Numbered from the stretch's first letter, positions 28,678 to 41,281 are shown. The stretch is DNA of 64,000 nucleotides from Oikopleura dioica (GCA_907165135.1 OU015567.1:14260001-14324000); one strand, 5' to 3'. The notes: a model not told the origin generated them from the sequence alone. Translations and numbers: made by a program.

Positions 28678-28757
28678 TAATTTCGAGGCATTATTTTTTT
28701 TGTAATTTTTTTTGAAAATCATTCTGAGCTCTTGAAAAAGAAGCGTTTGGATTCGCC

Positions 28758-31700
28758 ATGGCTAACAATCCAAATCCGACGCCTCCACCATCGAGCGGCG
28801 CAGGAGAAATCCCAGGCGAGCTCGGCGCTCTGAATGAAACTATCGGCGTTAGCGCGAGTAGTATCGCCCCAGGCGAGCCAGGGAGCAACCCACACCCGCA
28901 AAGGAAAGGTTGAGATTGGCTGCCCAGTTGTGCGCGCCCTAATCCCTCCCCAGGGCATTGGGGCCCAATGATTGGGCACGCGCGAGTGTGTTGATTTAAT
29001 TCGTCGATTATTGGCCTCTATCCAACCCTTTATCAGTCCAGTGTCGATGGCACCACCGACGATGCCGATGGGGGGAATGGCCCCGACGCCAGCTGGCCTC
29101 CCCGGCCAAGCGCCCAAGCAGACCTCCGAGCTCGCAAAAATCCTCGGCAACAAGGAAATGTCCCAGCTGGAGAAGATGTCCCGCCTCCACTCCAACAACC
29201 CAACGCCCTATTCCAACAGTGGCAACATACCAATGAGTCACTCTCAGAGTCCGGGAATGAGTCCCCAAATCTCCGGAAGCCCCCAAATTCCCAATTCTAC
29301 CATGTCCCCCACCCCTGGAAACCCAGGAATGACCAGAGCAAATGGACCCGCCGGTGAGTAGAAATGAATAAAATGATTGTCCTGGCTTTGTGCCAGAGTA
29401 TGATCGATTGTTCGTAGAACAAGAACTGACCGGTTTTTGTTTTTAGGCATGATGCCACAGGGAATGCATGGCATGCACCCAGGCGGACCAGGCTTCGGCC
29501 AGCAGTTTGGAAACTTTCCTCCTAATCATCCTGGCATGATGGGCCAGGGAACCAATTTCAGGTGAGACAAAAAGAATGAAACACCTATTTTTAACCTTTT
29601 TTTATTATTTTATTTTGTCTAATTTTGAAATAAAGTTCTCTTTGAACAATGAACTAAAGAATGAAGGAAACTCTTGTCCGATAATTAGGGGGTGCAGTTA
29701 TACTATGAAAATCAACAAGGACTCGGTTTGAAGATGTGCACGAAACCTGAGTTGGAGCCTACAAGAGGTTGCCGAGCCCAAAACAAGGAAAAATCTATTC
29801 TGCACCCCTCCTTTTTATGCTTTTATCGGATAATTTGAAAAGTTCAATCTGACCTTTTTTCTTTTAATAATTTCCTTATCTTTTAAATGGCTTGCATAAA
29901 TACGGCCTAATATAGAATATAGACTAAAATGAATTCAGGTTCCCTCCTGGTCCAATGCGCCACCCTGGTCCGGGCTTTGGCGGCCCGGATCAGTCCCACA
30001 TTACAAGGAACGGATTTAATCGGTCTATTTTATCTGTTACTATTTAGTTGAACTTGGGGGAAGTCGTGTCTGTCGGAGAGAGCAGATTGCGTCATTACCT
30101 GACGCAGATTGCCCCTTCATGTTCCCCCTATTTCGTGCTCTATTTTGAACGTTCATTTCATTAAATCCCCGTGTCAGCCCCGCGTCAACCCCGCCGGTAG
30201 TTGAACCAACGAAGCCCTCCGCCAAGAGAAATCGAAGACCTTCGCGGAAGAATTCTAGAGATGGAGCAGAAGAAGAAGGCCGCGCTAAGAAACGAGGAAA
30301 GAAGGATCCCAGCGAAGGTAATTACTGTCAATTAATGAGGATTAAATAGTAGTGATTTGTACTTTTTGGTTTTTAAATCGGCTCGGAAAGGATAATACGG
30401 GCGATTGATGATGATATAGTCTGGAATGAATTGTGGCGCTATACTTTGAGCGGGCTTCAAGCTTTCCCTCTAAAATGGGCGCCAAAATGCAGAGCCCCGC
30501 TGTACTCGGCCAGGCCCGCGGCGCATCAAATCGAGTAGGCGTTACTGATTTTATTGAAACGGCAGTTATAGAACCATCTACACCTCCACCATAGAACTCC
30601 AATATTTCAATTAGAATATCCCGAACCGTTTTGTTGCAAAATAAAAATCCACACACGTAGTAGCACTATTCTAGCAAGCAAAGCTTCGAAATACTCGAGC
30701 CATTCTTTCTTGTGGGGCTTAGCACTCGTTTAAATTTAGACGCAATGATAAATAACTTGAGGGAGATTGGACTGGACCCATCTGACTGTAACCTCGGGTC
30801 ATGTGATGAGTCTTGCAGACACTTGAGTTTATTACACTAACTAGAGTTCTTCTAGTCATTCTTTATTTTTCGTATTCGTGTTAATCTTTGACCCATCATT
30901 TTTAACTCAGTAAACATTTGTGTAATTATATAATCGGATTAGTCGCGTTTTCACCCCTTGAGTTGATTTTTGAGCTCTAGGCCTTCCGCCTGCTGGACCT
31001 TCCTTCCTGTGAATTATTTCTGCTTAATCCAAACTGCTTTTATCTAGGGCATTATTTTATTTGTCTCGCAGGGCGATAATAATTATTTCATGCCACCAAG
31101 TCGCTGTTTGCAAAACAGGATCAGTGATAAGTAACGGAAATGTTCTGACGCTCGCTTGATGCAGTTTCTACTGTAGAAAGAAAGAAAACTGACAGTGAAT
31201 GACTGCTCGCATTTGTTTCATTGTCAAATTCATCCAGGAACGATGACCCCTTTTTTATAAAAGAAGCATTAAAAGGACTGTTTTTTTCAAGTGGGCTTGG
31301 CACTCAGTGTAGACAACCTGAGTCAGGATTTCGAAAAATGGTTAAAAAGTTATTTTGGCGAAGCCTCTATGCCGATTTATATAAGGGAAAACCCTCTACG
31401 CGGCTTTTTATCCAAGCTCGTAAAGATTTCTTATGAATAAGGAGGTACAGGGCGATAGGGAAAAGAAGTGGCCCCAAAATTCCAAAGAATGTGAGCTCGA
31501 AATGCTTATTTTATTTCATCTTGTTGTCACTTAGTAAGTTACTATGCCAACTGGTGTATGGTAAGCTGTTTATTTAGTTCCGACTAGACTGGGGTTTGGC
31601 GACAATTCTTTCAATTTCGGAAATCTCATGAGCTGGTCGCGCGAGGCGATAAATCGCCTTAGTACCTCCTCAGTGCCACCTTGAGCATAACTTCCGGGCT

Positions 31701-34700
31701 ATAACTCACTTTTCCAAGTGCTGCTTATTAGTTATTGGAAGAAGCACGAGTAGATTTGGGGCTCGGCAAATAAACAATTTTGTCTTTCTTCCGAATACAG
31801 CTTTGATTTGCAAAACAAGGACTACTACTACAAGCTAGCGTGGCCACTTAGCCAGTAGATACGTGGAAGGCCCAGTAAGAAAAGCCCTCCAAGCAGAATG
31901 ATAACCCCTGGGGAATGCATTAATTATTCATAATTCACGTTTTTGTCGCCGTAGTAGGTATTATTTAATAATAGCTTGATGTGGTCCACCCACGTTTCGC
32001 CATGTTTGTTCCGCATTCTGGACTAATTCTGAGGGTTATCACTACCAGATATAGTAAAAATTATTCAGCCATGGTGCTGCTAATAGTAGATATCCACATT
32101 TATATCCAGACTATTCCCTATTGGGCCGTAGACCACACAAAAGTGACAAACAATAGTTTATGATCGTTAACTTTCCAATTGAGCCGGTATAATTATCACT
32201 CGAATAAGGAGCTTGAGGCGCTATTTCATCAATAATTATGTCTGTTTTTAGGACCTCCGAAGCGCAAGCGTCCGCCAAAGAAGACCGCTGTTGGAGGTGT
32301 CATTGAAGGGCACATGTATATGTTCTCTACTGAAATGCTAAACGACGCTGCCAAGGGGCTCGACTCGCCGAAGATGGCCAATCTAGTGCAATATCACCAG
32401 TCAAAGTACACAGGAAATCAGCCTCAACGAATCCAGCCGAAGATGACGCCCAACACAACTCCTCCTGTTCCGTCAGCCTCGCAACTGGGCCACATGCCCG
32501 GGCACCAGAGGCCAATGCCTCATCACAGGATGTCGCCAGGTATGAACCCGCACATGGCGAATCCGATGTCGCCGATGAATCCTGGTGGAATGTCTCCTGG
32601 TATGGGCAATCACGTGATGTCGCCACTTGGGCCACATCGAGTTCCAACTCCGCAACAAGATGGTCGTCCAATAACGCCCGGCTCGACCTCGTCGCGCATG
32701 GGGATAGGTCCGAATCCACCTGCGTCGCCTGCACTCTCGCAGGATGCCAGGATACCACAGTCCCCAGCGCCAGTGCCTTCACCGATGGCGGCGCAATCGA
32801 CGACCCCGACGCCGGCGACACCTACTCCCGGCGACACTCAGCAACCGCCACCGCCAGCGTTAACTCCTCAAATGACTCCTACAACCGAAGAAGTAAAACT
32901 AAAAGATCAATCAGCAACAATGAACAATCAGAGCAATTCAACGCCGAACTCAACAGCGAATCCGACCTCACAGAATGCGAATCCAGAGCCGAATACGATG
33001 GATACTCTGAGAGAGGTAGCTTGAAATATCTTTTGCCGTCTTTAAACAAAATATTTTCAGATTCAATCCGAAAAGAAGGACCCAAGCCAAGAAACACCGG
33101 CGAACAATCAAATGACGCCGGGAAATCCTTCTACTCCAACAAGTGTTAATCAAGTACGACCGAATAGCTTTCCTGAAAATCACGACATGATTCAGAATAT
33201 GATCGATGTAAGTTTCTGCTTGAACAATTTTGCTTTGAATAAACACAATCTTTAGCAACAGAAAATGAACCCTCTGCAACAACCACCAGCGTCAATGCAC
33301 CAACCAATGCATCCTCAACAACCTCAACATCCTGGGCACCATCAGCAGCCTGGACATCATCCAGGAATGCATCCCGGCATGCATCCAAACATGCAACGCT
33401 TTCCCTACAACGGTCACGGTCCACCCGGTTATCATCCAGGGATGCCACGAGGTCCTGCCGGCCAAATGCCTTACAATGCTCACATGATGCACCAGATGCG
33501 CCACAGAATGCCTCCTGGAGCATATGAGCAAATGGCGCAAATGCGTCTCCCTTACGGCCAGAATCCAATGATGAGACCGCACATGATGCGCTTCCCTAAC
33601 CGAGGAATGATGCCGAACTCGAACCAAATGCCCTACTCAGAACAGTTGCGACAGCAGGCGGCGATGTACTCGAATCCTCAGCAGGGACCTCCAGGAATGA
33701 ACTTTCCAAACGGACCCCAGAGTGACAACAGACACCCTTACAGTGCTCCACAAGAGAATGGCGGATTCGGAAACCATCCGCAAGGAATGCCGAATCATCC
33801 AGGTCAAGCGATGCCAAATGGAATGGGAATGAACAACTATCCATCTTCGTACAGCCCCAGTGCGCAGCATCAAGGGCAACCCCGAGGTAAAACCATTATT
33901 ACTCTTCAAGCGCGTAACTATCAACAATTAGGAATGATGTCCCCAAGTCCTATCACGCAAAATCCTCACATGGGTCAAAGCGGTCCGCAGACGACCCCGA
34001 TGAACGTACCTGGTCCACCTGGAACTCCATCGGCGCCACAAAATCCTGCCATCGGTATTGAAAATCACAACTATTATGATTTTAATTGCAATATAGATTC
34101 GCCTTATCCCAATCAAGCTAAAAGTCCTGCCAATTCGCTCGTCAACGGACCAATTCATTCGCCTTCGCCAAGCCAGGTAGAGCTGATAATGTATGAAACT
34201 GATATTGATCGATATTATTTAGGGTGGAACACCATCGATCCCCCCGTCAGTCCCCGAAATGCACCCTTCGACACCACAAGGCATGCCTCTTTCGCCAGCC
34301 CATACCAACCCTATGACTCCGGTTTCCGTCCCGCCGCAGGCTCCGCATACACCCGGCGCTCCGATGACTCCTGGTGATCCGAATAGCTTCGCTGGAACTC
34401 CCAATCAAGCGCCACAGACGCCAGGCGGTACTGCTATCCCGCATGGTCAACCAATGACGCCAGGAAATCCGACAACACCGGGAATGCCAGTAGAGAACAT
34501 GGACAACAACAGCACACCCGTCGTTTCTCAAGTGATGCCATGTTCGCCGATGACTCCACAGGGGCAGCAGGGTCCGTTTTCGCCGCATAATCATCCGCAA
34601 AATAGACTCTTGCCCGACTCGTCGGATATTTCATCCTTCCTTCAAGAGCCTCAAAAGAATCCATCGATTCCGCCCATGTCAATGGGAATGTCGATGCCGC

Positions 34701-34942
34701 CACAACAACACGGCTATCATGGATTCCCTGGTCCTAGACAAATGCACCCTGGGTGAGTTTTTGAATTGAATGAATTTTACTAACTAATGAACTTTAGTAT
34801 GGGAGGAATGAATCACCCCGGAATGTCAATGGGCAACCGAATGATGGGCATGAATCCACCGATGATGACCAATCAAGGGATGAGTGGCCACCACGGCTAT
34901 GGCCAGGGTGGCTATCCAAGTTGGCGACAACCATACCATTGA
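28758..34942 (+). CDS. BCL9: BCL9/legless-like Wnt/beta-catenin co-activator; long M/P/G/Q low-complexity protein, multi-exon
   Basis: MYMFSTEMLNDAAKGLDSPKMANLVQYHQS (32314-32403) matches the BCL9 HD1 pattern VYVFSTEMANKAAEAV..IVSFH. NTMDTLRE|IQ resembles the HD2 core SLQTLRDIQ. The rest is Met/Pro/Gly/His-rich. Stop TGA at 34940-34942. Confidence 0.6.
29719..29780. mobile_element. Internally deleted MITE in a BCL9 intron
   Basis: GGACTCGG..AAACCTGAGTTGG..AGGTTGCCGAGCCCA: both termini are recognisable, the middle is lost. Confidence 0.55.
31293..31420. mobile_element. MITE left end plus core in the long BCL9 intron
   Basis: TGGGCTTGGCACTCAGTGTAGACAACCTGAGTCAGGATTTCGAAAA ... CTACGCGGCTTTTTAT, shared with the 28012 and 26681 copies. 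A further terminus GGGGCTCGGCAA lies at 31758-31769. Confidence 0.68.
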
Positions 34943-35890
34943 GATCCTTCTGCCGCGCTCCCATCTCTCTCACAAAAACAATCAGATTCTTCTGTTTCAC
35001 AAAAAAGTAATATTTCATTGTGGCTGCATCATGAAAAGACTGAGCAGCGTAACTCACCACTATAATCGTCATCGTCGTCAAAAACGGAACGATGCTTATC
35101 CAAAATTACTTTCACCAGAAATGTCAAAGTTCACGAATATTCCTTTCCGGCGCAAATTTCTAGTGATACGTCAATTTCCGTCAGTTACACTCTTTTCACG
35201 AGTATTTCATTTCGGAGTAAAATGAGCCAGTTCATAAATGCTGACACACACCACCAAAAATGCTTCTGTTACACCGACCTGTTTCGACGGAAACAACTTT
35301 AAAAAAGGAACCGACTAGTCTTTAATTATTGAACCCGTTTAAACTTTTCTTTATTGCTACCAGTACCCGTTGTTTCGCGCGCCACGACAATCTTTACAAA
35401 AAATAACTTGGCGACTGTTAAAACTCCCAACTTTCAACTTCGAAACTGCCACTGACTGTATTGTTTATATTTATTAATTTTATATATTTTGACTGTCAAA
35501 CTGAACATAGTCATGGTACCAAACGGGTGGTATCCTGATGCTGCGCTGAATATTTAAGGTTTGGGCTGACCAACCACTCAAGAAAAAGAAAACTCTAAGT
35601 CCCTTATTTCGTTATTGTGATTGGTCTCTGTTCATCAATTCTGCCAATTTTTCAAAAACGAATGAAAACCAGCACAACCTAAATTGACTACTCGACCATT
35701 TTGATTTATTCCACGCAGTTTATTGTTATCGCAAATAGCATGAAATCCCGACCATTTTCGATCGAACCACACATGGGAACCGGCAAGCAGGAGAATAAAA
35801 CGAAAAAGTAGGCCATCTGGTTATCTGATTCGCTCGCTCGCTCCTCCCTTTTTGGGGCGAACTTCACTCAGATCCCGCCGATAAGGCACA

Positions 35891-35897
35891 TATAAAG
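35891..35897 (+). promoter_or_regulatory. Candidate TATA box of the orphan TM gene
   Basis: TATAAAG 56 nt upstream of ATG 35947. Confidence 0.35.
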
Positions 35898-35946
35898 CGC
35901 CTGCTTTTCATTTCTCGATTTCCAAATATTCAAAAAAACGCAAAAA

Positions 35947-36357
35947 ATGACGATGGATTTTCTCTTCCAGAGCACGCACGATTTCACCAACGAGATTTTC
36001 GCCAGCCTCAATGCTGCTTTCCTCAAAGTTCTTTCAGCGACAATTCAGCAAATCAAGCAACGAGATACGCAGACAATCATTCTTTCCGCATCCATATTCG
36101 GCGTTGTGACACTCATTCTTTTCACGCTCATCGTTGCTTGCTTTTTCTACGGAACACGATGGTGCTGCTGCTGCTGCAAGAGCAAGATTCCTTATCGTAC
36201 GGCAAAGGCTTCGAGAATTCCAACTGCTCCGGCGAGAAATATCTTCCGACGAGGATCGATTCAAGTTTCCGATTCTGACGAAGAAGCTGGCTTCACTCGC
36301 GAATACATTTCTACCACTAGACTTTTGCAACAATCTTCTGAAAATGTTTCTGATTGA
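35947..36357 (+). CDS. Intronless 136-aa single-pass membrane protein with juxtamembrane CCCCC
   Basis: Hydrophobic IILSASIFGVVTLILFTLIVACFFY followed by RWCCCCCKSK and a basic/acidic tail; upstream TATA. Confidence 0.6.
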   Translation: MTMDFLFQSTHDFTNEIFASLNAAFLKVLSATIQQIKQRDTQTIILSASIFGVVTLILFTLIVACFFYGTRWCCCCCKSKIPYRTAKASRIPTAPARNIFRRGSIQVSDSDEEAGFTREYISTTRLLQQSSENVSD

Positions 36358-36477
36358 GTTTATGATTGTATACGTATCATCGCGTCTTTAAAATGAATAA
36401 ATACTTCAGCAATGTTCCCAATAAAATTTGTACTGGATATACCGATTGTTTGAAATTACCAATTGACATTTTTCAGA

Positions 36478-38372
36478 ATGGCTTCACCAAGAACGAGACG
36501 CGTTCTCAAGGACTTGAAGGGATGCGATGGAAATAACTGTTGTGCAGGTGAAAAAAGCTCTATCTAGCGGTTTTATTTTTCATAAAATCGTTTTCAAATT
36601 CTACCTGATATCGGAGAATGCCTTGTTTTGAATTCTTCTCATATTTATCTTTTCCGCTAGATTGTGAAGCACTCAATCCGCAGTGGGTTTCCGTCTCGTA
36701 CGGAATATGGATCTGCTTACAATGTTCTGGCCGCCACAGATCCCTCGGCGTCCACCTGAGTTTCGTCAGATCAGTTTCCATGGACAAGTGGAAAACAATC
36801 GAGTTGGAAAAAATGAAGTGCGGAGGAAATCGCAAATGGAACGATTTTCTCGAAGAACACGACGACTACAATCCTGGCTGGACGATAGAAGAGAAGTATA
36901 ATTCCAAATCTGCGGCGCTTTACAGAGACAAAATTGCAACTGAAGCTCAAGGACAGGTAAACTTACGGAATGTTTCTTCGAAATAAAATGTTACTTTGAT
37001 CTTTCTCTTTGATTGAGCACTTTGCTGATTCCCCCGAAAATCGTAAACTACTCGTATTAAAGAATGTTCAAGCCACGCTTTGATTAAGCCGTCCATTTTT
37101 GTAAAAACCAAGTGGTGAATTTATCAATTTTGAAAGTACTCAAGATAGCCTTTTCTGATTACGTCTTTTAGACCTGGGACGAAGCTTCATCGCCAGCACA
37201 GAATTACGTCGTGAGAAAGAAAGAACCAATTATCGCCGCAAGTTCAAGCTCGTACGATTCTGTCTCCTCAACATTCGCGTAAGTTTTCCGGATTCTGAAG
37301 ATGTTCGTAATAATATTTTCAGCCCAAAACCCCAAGAAGACCCCCTCGCTTCGCTTTCAAAAGGCTTCGGCTCAGGAATGTGATCAAAGATTGTTCGGCG
37401 ATTCGGAAGAAAAAAAACGCTTGTTTGCGTCATTAGATTTTCCCTTTTTTTCATGTTTACCTTTTTCGAAACTTTGAAATCACCACCAGCGCTGTCATTT
37501 GGCTCGAGCTTCGTTTCAAAAGCAGCCACTTTCACGAAAGAGAGCGCGTCTAAAATTGGCGAAGCAGCGGCCCATGCTGGTACCCAGATTTCAAACAAAG
37601 CACAAGATGGATCTTTGGGTAAGTTTGAATGAAATATTTCAACAAGAGAGTCGTTTCTTCAGCGAACCAGGGAAGCCAAGCGTTAGGATCAGCCGTTGGG
37701 GCTCTTTCGAATATTACGAAAACTGGATGGGGCTTTGCGACAAAGGCAACTTCTGACTTACTCGGGGTATTGATGTTAACGCTATCTGAGTATATATAAA
37801 GATAGTTAAATGATATGTCCGTATGTTCTTCGTTTCATTGTCCAATCGAGCAAAACGCCTTGCTTAACTGATTTTTAGACCCAGGGAAATACCCAAAAAG
37901 CGGATGTCCAGTCCAACGACTTTTGGGACAATTTTGGGCAGAAAGCTCCCTCGAGGTCGGGGAGCTCGCTGTTCGCAAAGGTAAGCGTGGGTGGTCGCTG
38001 TTTATTTATTTCCATGTAGGCGTAAATCTTATAAACTCTGATTGGATAAGAAAACGACGTAACTTTTCGAATTAAGGAATCGCCCGCTCCTGCGCAAGAG
38101 AAGAAACCTTCCGCCGAATGGAATGAAGATTGGGGCGATGACTGGGGTAATAAAGAGAGTAAACCAGCGGCGAAAAAGGGAGAGGGTTGAAACTCACAGT
38201 TTCTCTAGAATTTTCAGAGTCTTTTTATAATGTGACATATTTATGTCCCATAATTTATGGGAGAATAGTGGTAAGAGTCTTGTAAAACCCTAAAAAGGCC
38301 GAGAAAGCTGATTCCTGGGGCGAGTTCGAGGACTGGCTGAAAGAAGAGAAAACCGTGGCGAAGAAAGACTGA
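36478..38372 (+). CDS. ARFGAP1: ADP-ribosylation factor GTPase-activating protein 1
   Basis: [70 protein letters not shown] is the ArfGAP zinc finger; ALPS-like aromatic/Ser-rich C-terminal half. Confidence 0.95.
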
Positions 38373-38816
38373 AAGTCGGAGAAACAAAACTAGAGTATTC
38401 AGAATTACAACAAACTTGCAGCTTTCAAAGTATTTAAAGTTAATCCCTTCATAACTTAATAATCACGTATCTTTTTCTTCAAAATGTCTCATCTGTTCAC
38501 ACATGGCTAAGTTCGATATACCAAAGTCTCCGTAAATGCCATTTTCTCTTTTTCATATATTAATGAAACGCCATCTCTTTCACATCAATTCTATCATTTT
38601 TGACGTTTCCGAAATACTTTGTAAACCATATTTTTGTTCGCAATAACCTCTTATGTAGCCAACCCCTGCAAATATCTCGTAACACTACTACTTATAGCGC
38701 CCTGGTGAATGCTAAATTGGGGTTTTCCGAGTCTCACAGACGTGCAATATAAATTAAAAAGCTGTCATATTTTTCTAACTTTTTTACTTTTAGAAACAAT
38801 TGACGTCTTTTGAATC

Positions 38817-41281
38817 ATGTCGTACTCCGACATGCAGGATCTCCACCGACTGGTTGATGACGTGATCGCAAAGAGCGAGGATGCCAATCTGTTGAACTTC
38901 CAGGAGTCTGCTTTTCATTTTCTGGCGCTGAAGGAAAACAAGCTGAACCATCCTGGAATTTACCGTGACAAGAACAAAAGGGAGCTCTACATGAAAATCA
39001 CTCCAGAGTTGATGCAAAACTTCCTTATCGCCCAGAAATCCGACTGGGCTAATCCGCAAATTGCTCGAGGAATCGCTTCTATGGTCGACGACTTTGAGGA
39101 AAGTGGCTTGACGCAAGCACGTTCTGCAATGCGTGCTTCGTTGATTGCCCCTTCCTCGAAAAAATCACCTAACAGCTCTCCGAATACAAGCGACGCTCCG
39201 TCCTCCCCAGCCTCTTCGTCCGATAATGGTGCGACTGTGATCAATCCATCTGCCGCGCTGAAAAAATTCTCCAACCCTGGCTCCAAGTCCTCATCCCATG
39301 TCTCAAATCCTGTTCTCGACTACGAAGACCAGATCGCGGATTATAATTCTGAACAGGACCTTGAATTAGACGATGCTGATCTTCACATCGAGGAATTGGC
39401 CGAGCAGGTTCAAAAGCGGATGAAAATCAAAAGCTGGCTTTTCTCACTTGCCCGTCTGTACAAGAATCATAAGGATGGAGGTATCCGTTTCCAGGAGTTG
39501 AACGATCAGTGCTATAAAGTTTACGGGATCGCCACTTTCGACGAGCTTGTTCAAAATCTCGGATATCGGAATGGAGAAGACGCGATGCTGCACATTGGCC
39601 ATCCCCAGCTCAAGATCTGTAAACATAAAACGACGGGCAAGGTAATTTTTCTACATTTTTTTTAAATTTCTAATATCCTTTTTCAGGGCGTCACGAAAGA
39701 TGGCGAATGGGTCATCATGGAGGAAGAAAAGTACCCCGGCAAAAATTTGGACGTCGACACTCTCCCAGAAGAAGAGCTGCTCTCAGACCTTGGCAAGAAC
39801 GATCGTCTCGAGATTTGCTGGACATCCTCTCGATTCAGGAAGCCGGATAACTGGACTCCGAACCTCGCCAAAAAGAAAGCGACCCTTCCTGGAGTGGCGA
39901 TGTCTGTAATGGCCGATAGTTTTTGTTGTCTTAGATGAAGATCAACCTCTTTTGGACTCCCTTCGCCATGAACTTTCGGAATTCTACGGACCGAACGGTT
40001 CACAAGATCCTTCTGAGTAAGTAAATCTATCATTTTCTTTGCTTAAATTTCTCATAAGGAATGGAAGCTACTACCGACTGCAGCCTGGATGTTTGAGGAT
40101 GGGACTTCCAATTGTCGTCTGGAACAAGAACTACAACGAATGGTGCCGTGCACACTGCGTCACCCCGACTGCCAACGACAAGGACCTTACCATTTGTAAG
40201 TAATTCATAAAGATTCTTATTGAAAAATTATTAAGGCTACACCGATTACGGCGAAAGCGATCAAGTGAAGGTCCACGACTGCTTTTTCCTCCATGAATCT
40301 TTCACGAAGTATCCCGAGCTGTCAAGAACCTGCAAGTTATATGGAGAAAAGCAGAATTACTTTTCCCAGACTCAGCTAAAGGAAAAGACCTCCTGGGAAT
40401 TCTTCCATTGCAAGAATGATGGAGCGACTCAAGCTACTTTCGACGGCGACAAGAAAGCCCTTACATTCTCACAATTCAGTAAGTGTTCTTTTAGTTTGAT
40501 GAATTACAATTTTTTTTTGTAGAAATCAACTTCAGCTTTGTTGAAATGGGCGACAAAGATGCCATCGCCTTCGTCATTCCTTACCATCCGGTCCTCAAAA
40601 GTCAGTGGGACTCTCGGAATTTCCTCACTCTACAAGAGGAAATGATCCATAAGAAGCTAATCAAGGCCAATGTTGTCCAGCTTCAGCTAGCGATTCGTGG
40701 AAATCTCCAGGACAGTGTTTCAAATCTTCCTGGTACCAAACCTCCGACGCGAAGACAACGAGGAACACGACCAAAGATCACTGGACCTAATATGACGGCT
40801 CCTAGAGCAAATCAGGCGACAGTCAGAGCCGAAGGAGGTAAGGAAACGCTGGACACTTCAATCTTGGTAACTTTTGATTTTAGAGCCGATTACGTCTAAA
40901 AATGGGGTCTCAAATTTCACTCCAGCCACATCTGCTAAAGAAAAAACCGGCGCCGACCCTTTGGCGCAATCGACCATCCCACTCGACAGCGTCAAAGATG
41001 CTGAAGAGCTCCCAATTATGGGCTTCGACGAAAACGTTCCCAGAGCGCGTAACCCAAAAATGAACTGGACCGCTGCTCAACGGGAACGGTCAAAGAGTAA
41101 GCTCAAGTCAACATTAACCACTTCCTGATATACATTTCTAGCTGCCGGACCAGCTGAAGCGCTGACTAGAGGAACTCTTCAACCTCCAAGCCAGAACGCA
41201 CCGGCTAACATCAAACATCCAGCACAACGACTGGCTGAGTCGACTAACGGGTCCTTCCCCAACCCATTTATGTTCGACTAA
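38817..41281 (+). CDS. LOTUS + extended Tudor domain protein (TDRD5/TDRD7-like, germ-granule/piRNA type)
   Basis: LOTUS-like IKSWLFSLARLYKNHKDGGIRFQELNDQCYKVYG..LGYRNGEDAML; eTudor LDSLRHELSEFY..RMGLPIVVWNKNYNEWCRAH..YTDYGESDQV..FFLHESFTKYPELSRTCKLYG. An in-frame TGA at 39936 needs explanation (see findings). Confidence 0.65.

Noticed and set aside
29939-30177. Apparent GA/GG-donor intron and extra exon in BCL9 near 30008-30130
   Set aside because: A canonical GT-AG intron (30023-30177) keeps the frame, so no non-canonical event is required.
32327-34703. Many long antisense and alternative-frame ORFs
   Set aside because: Shadow ORFs of the Pro/Gly/Met-rich BCL9-like coding sequence.
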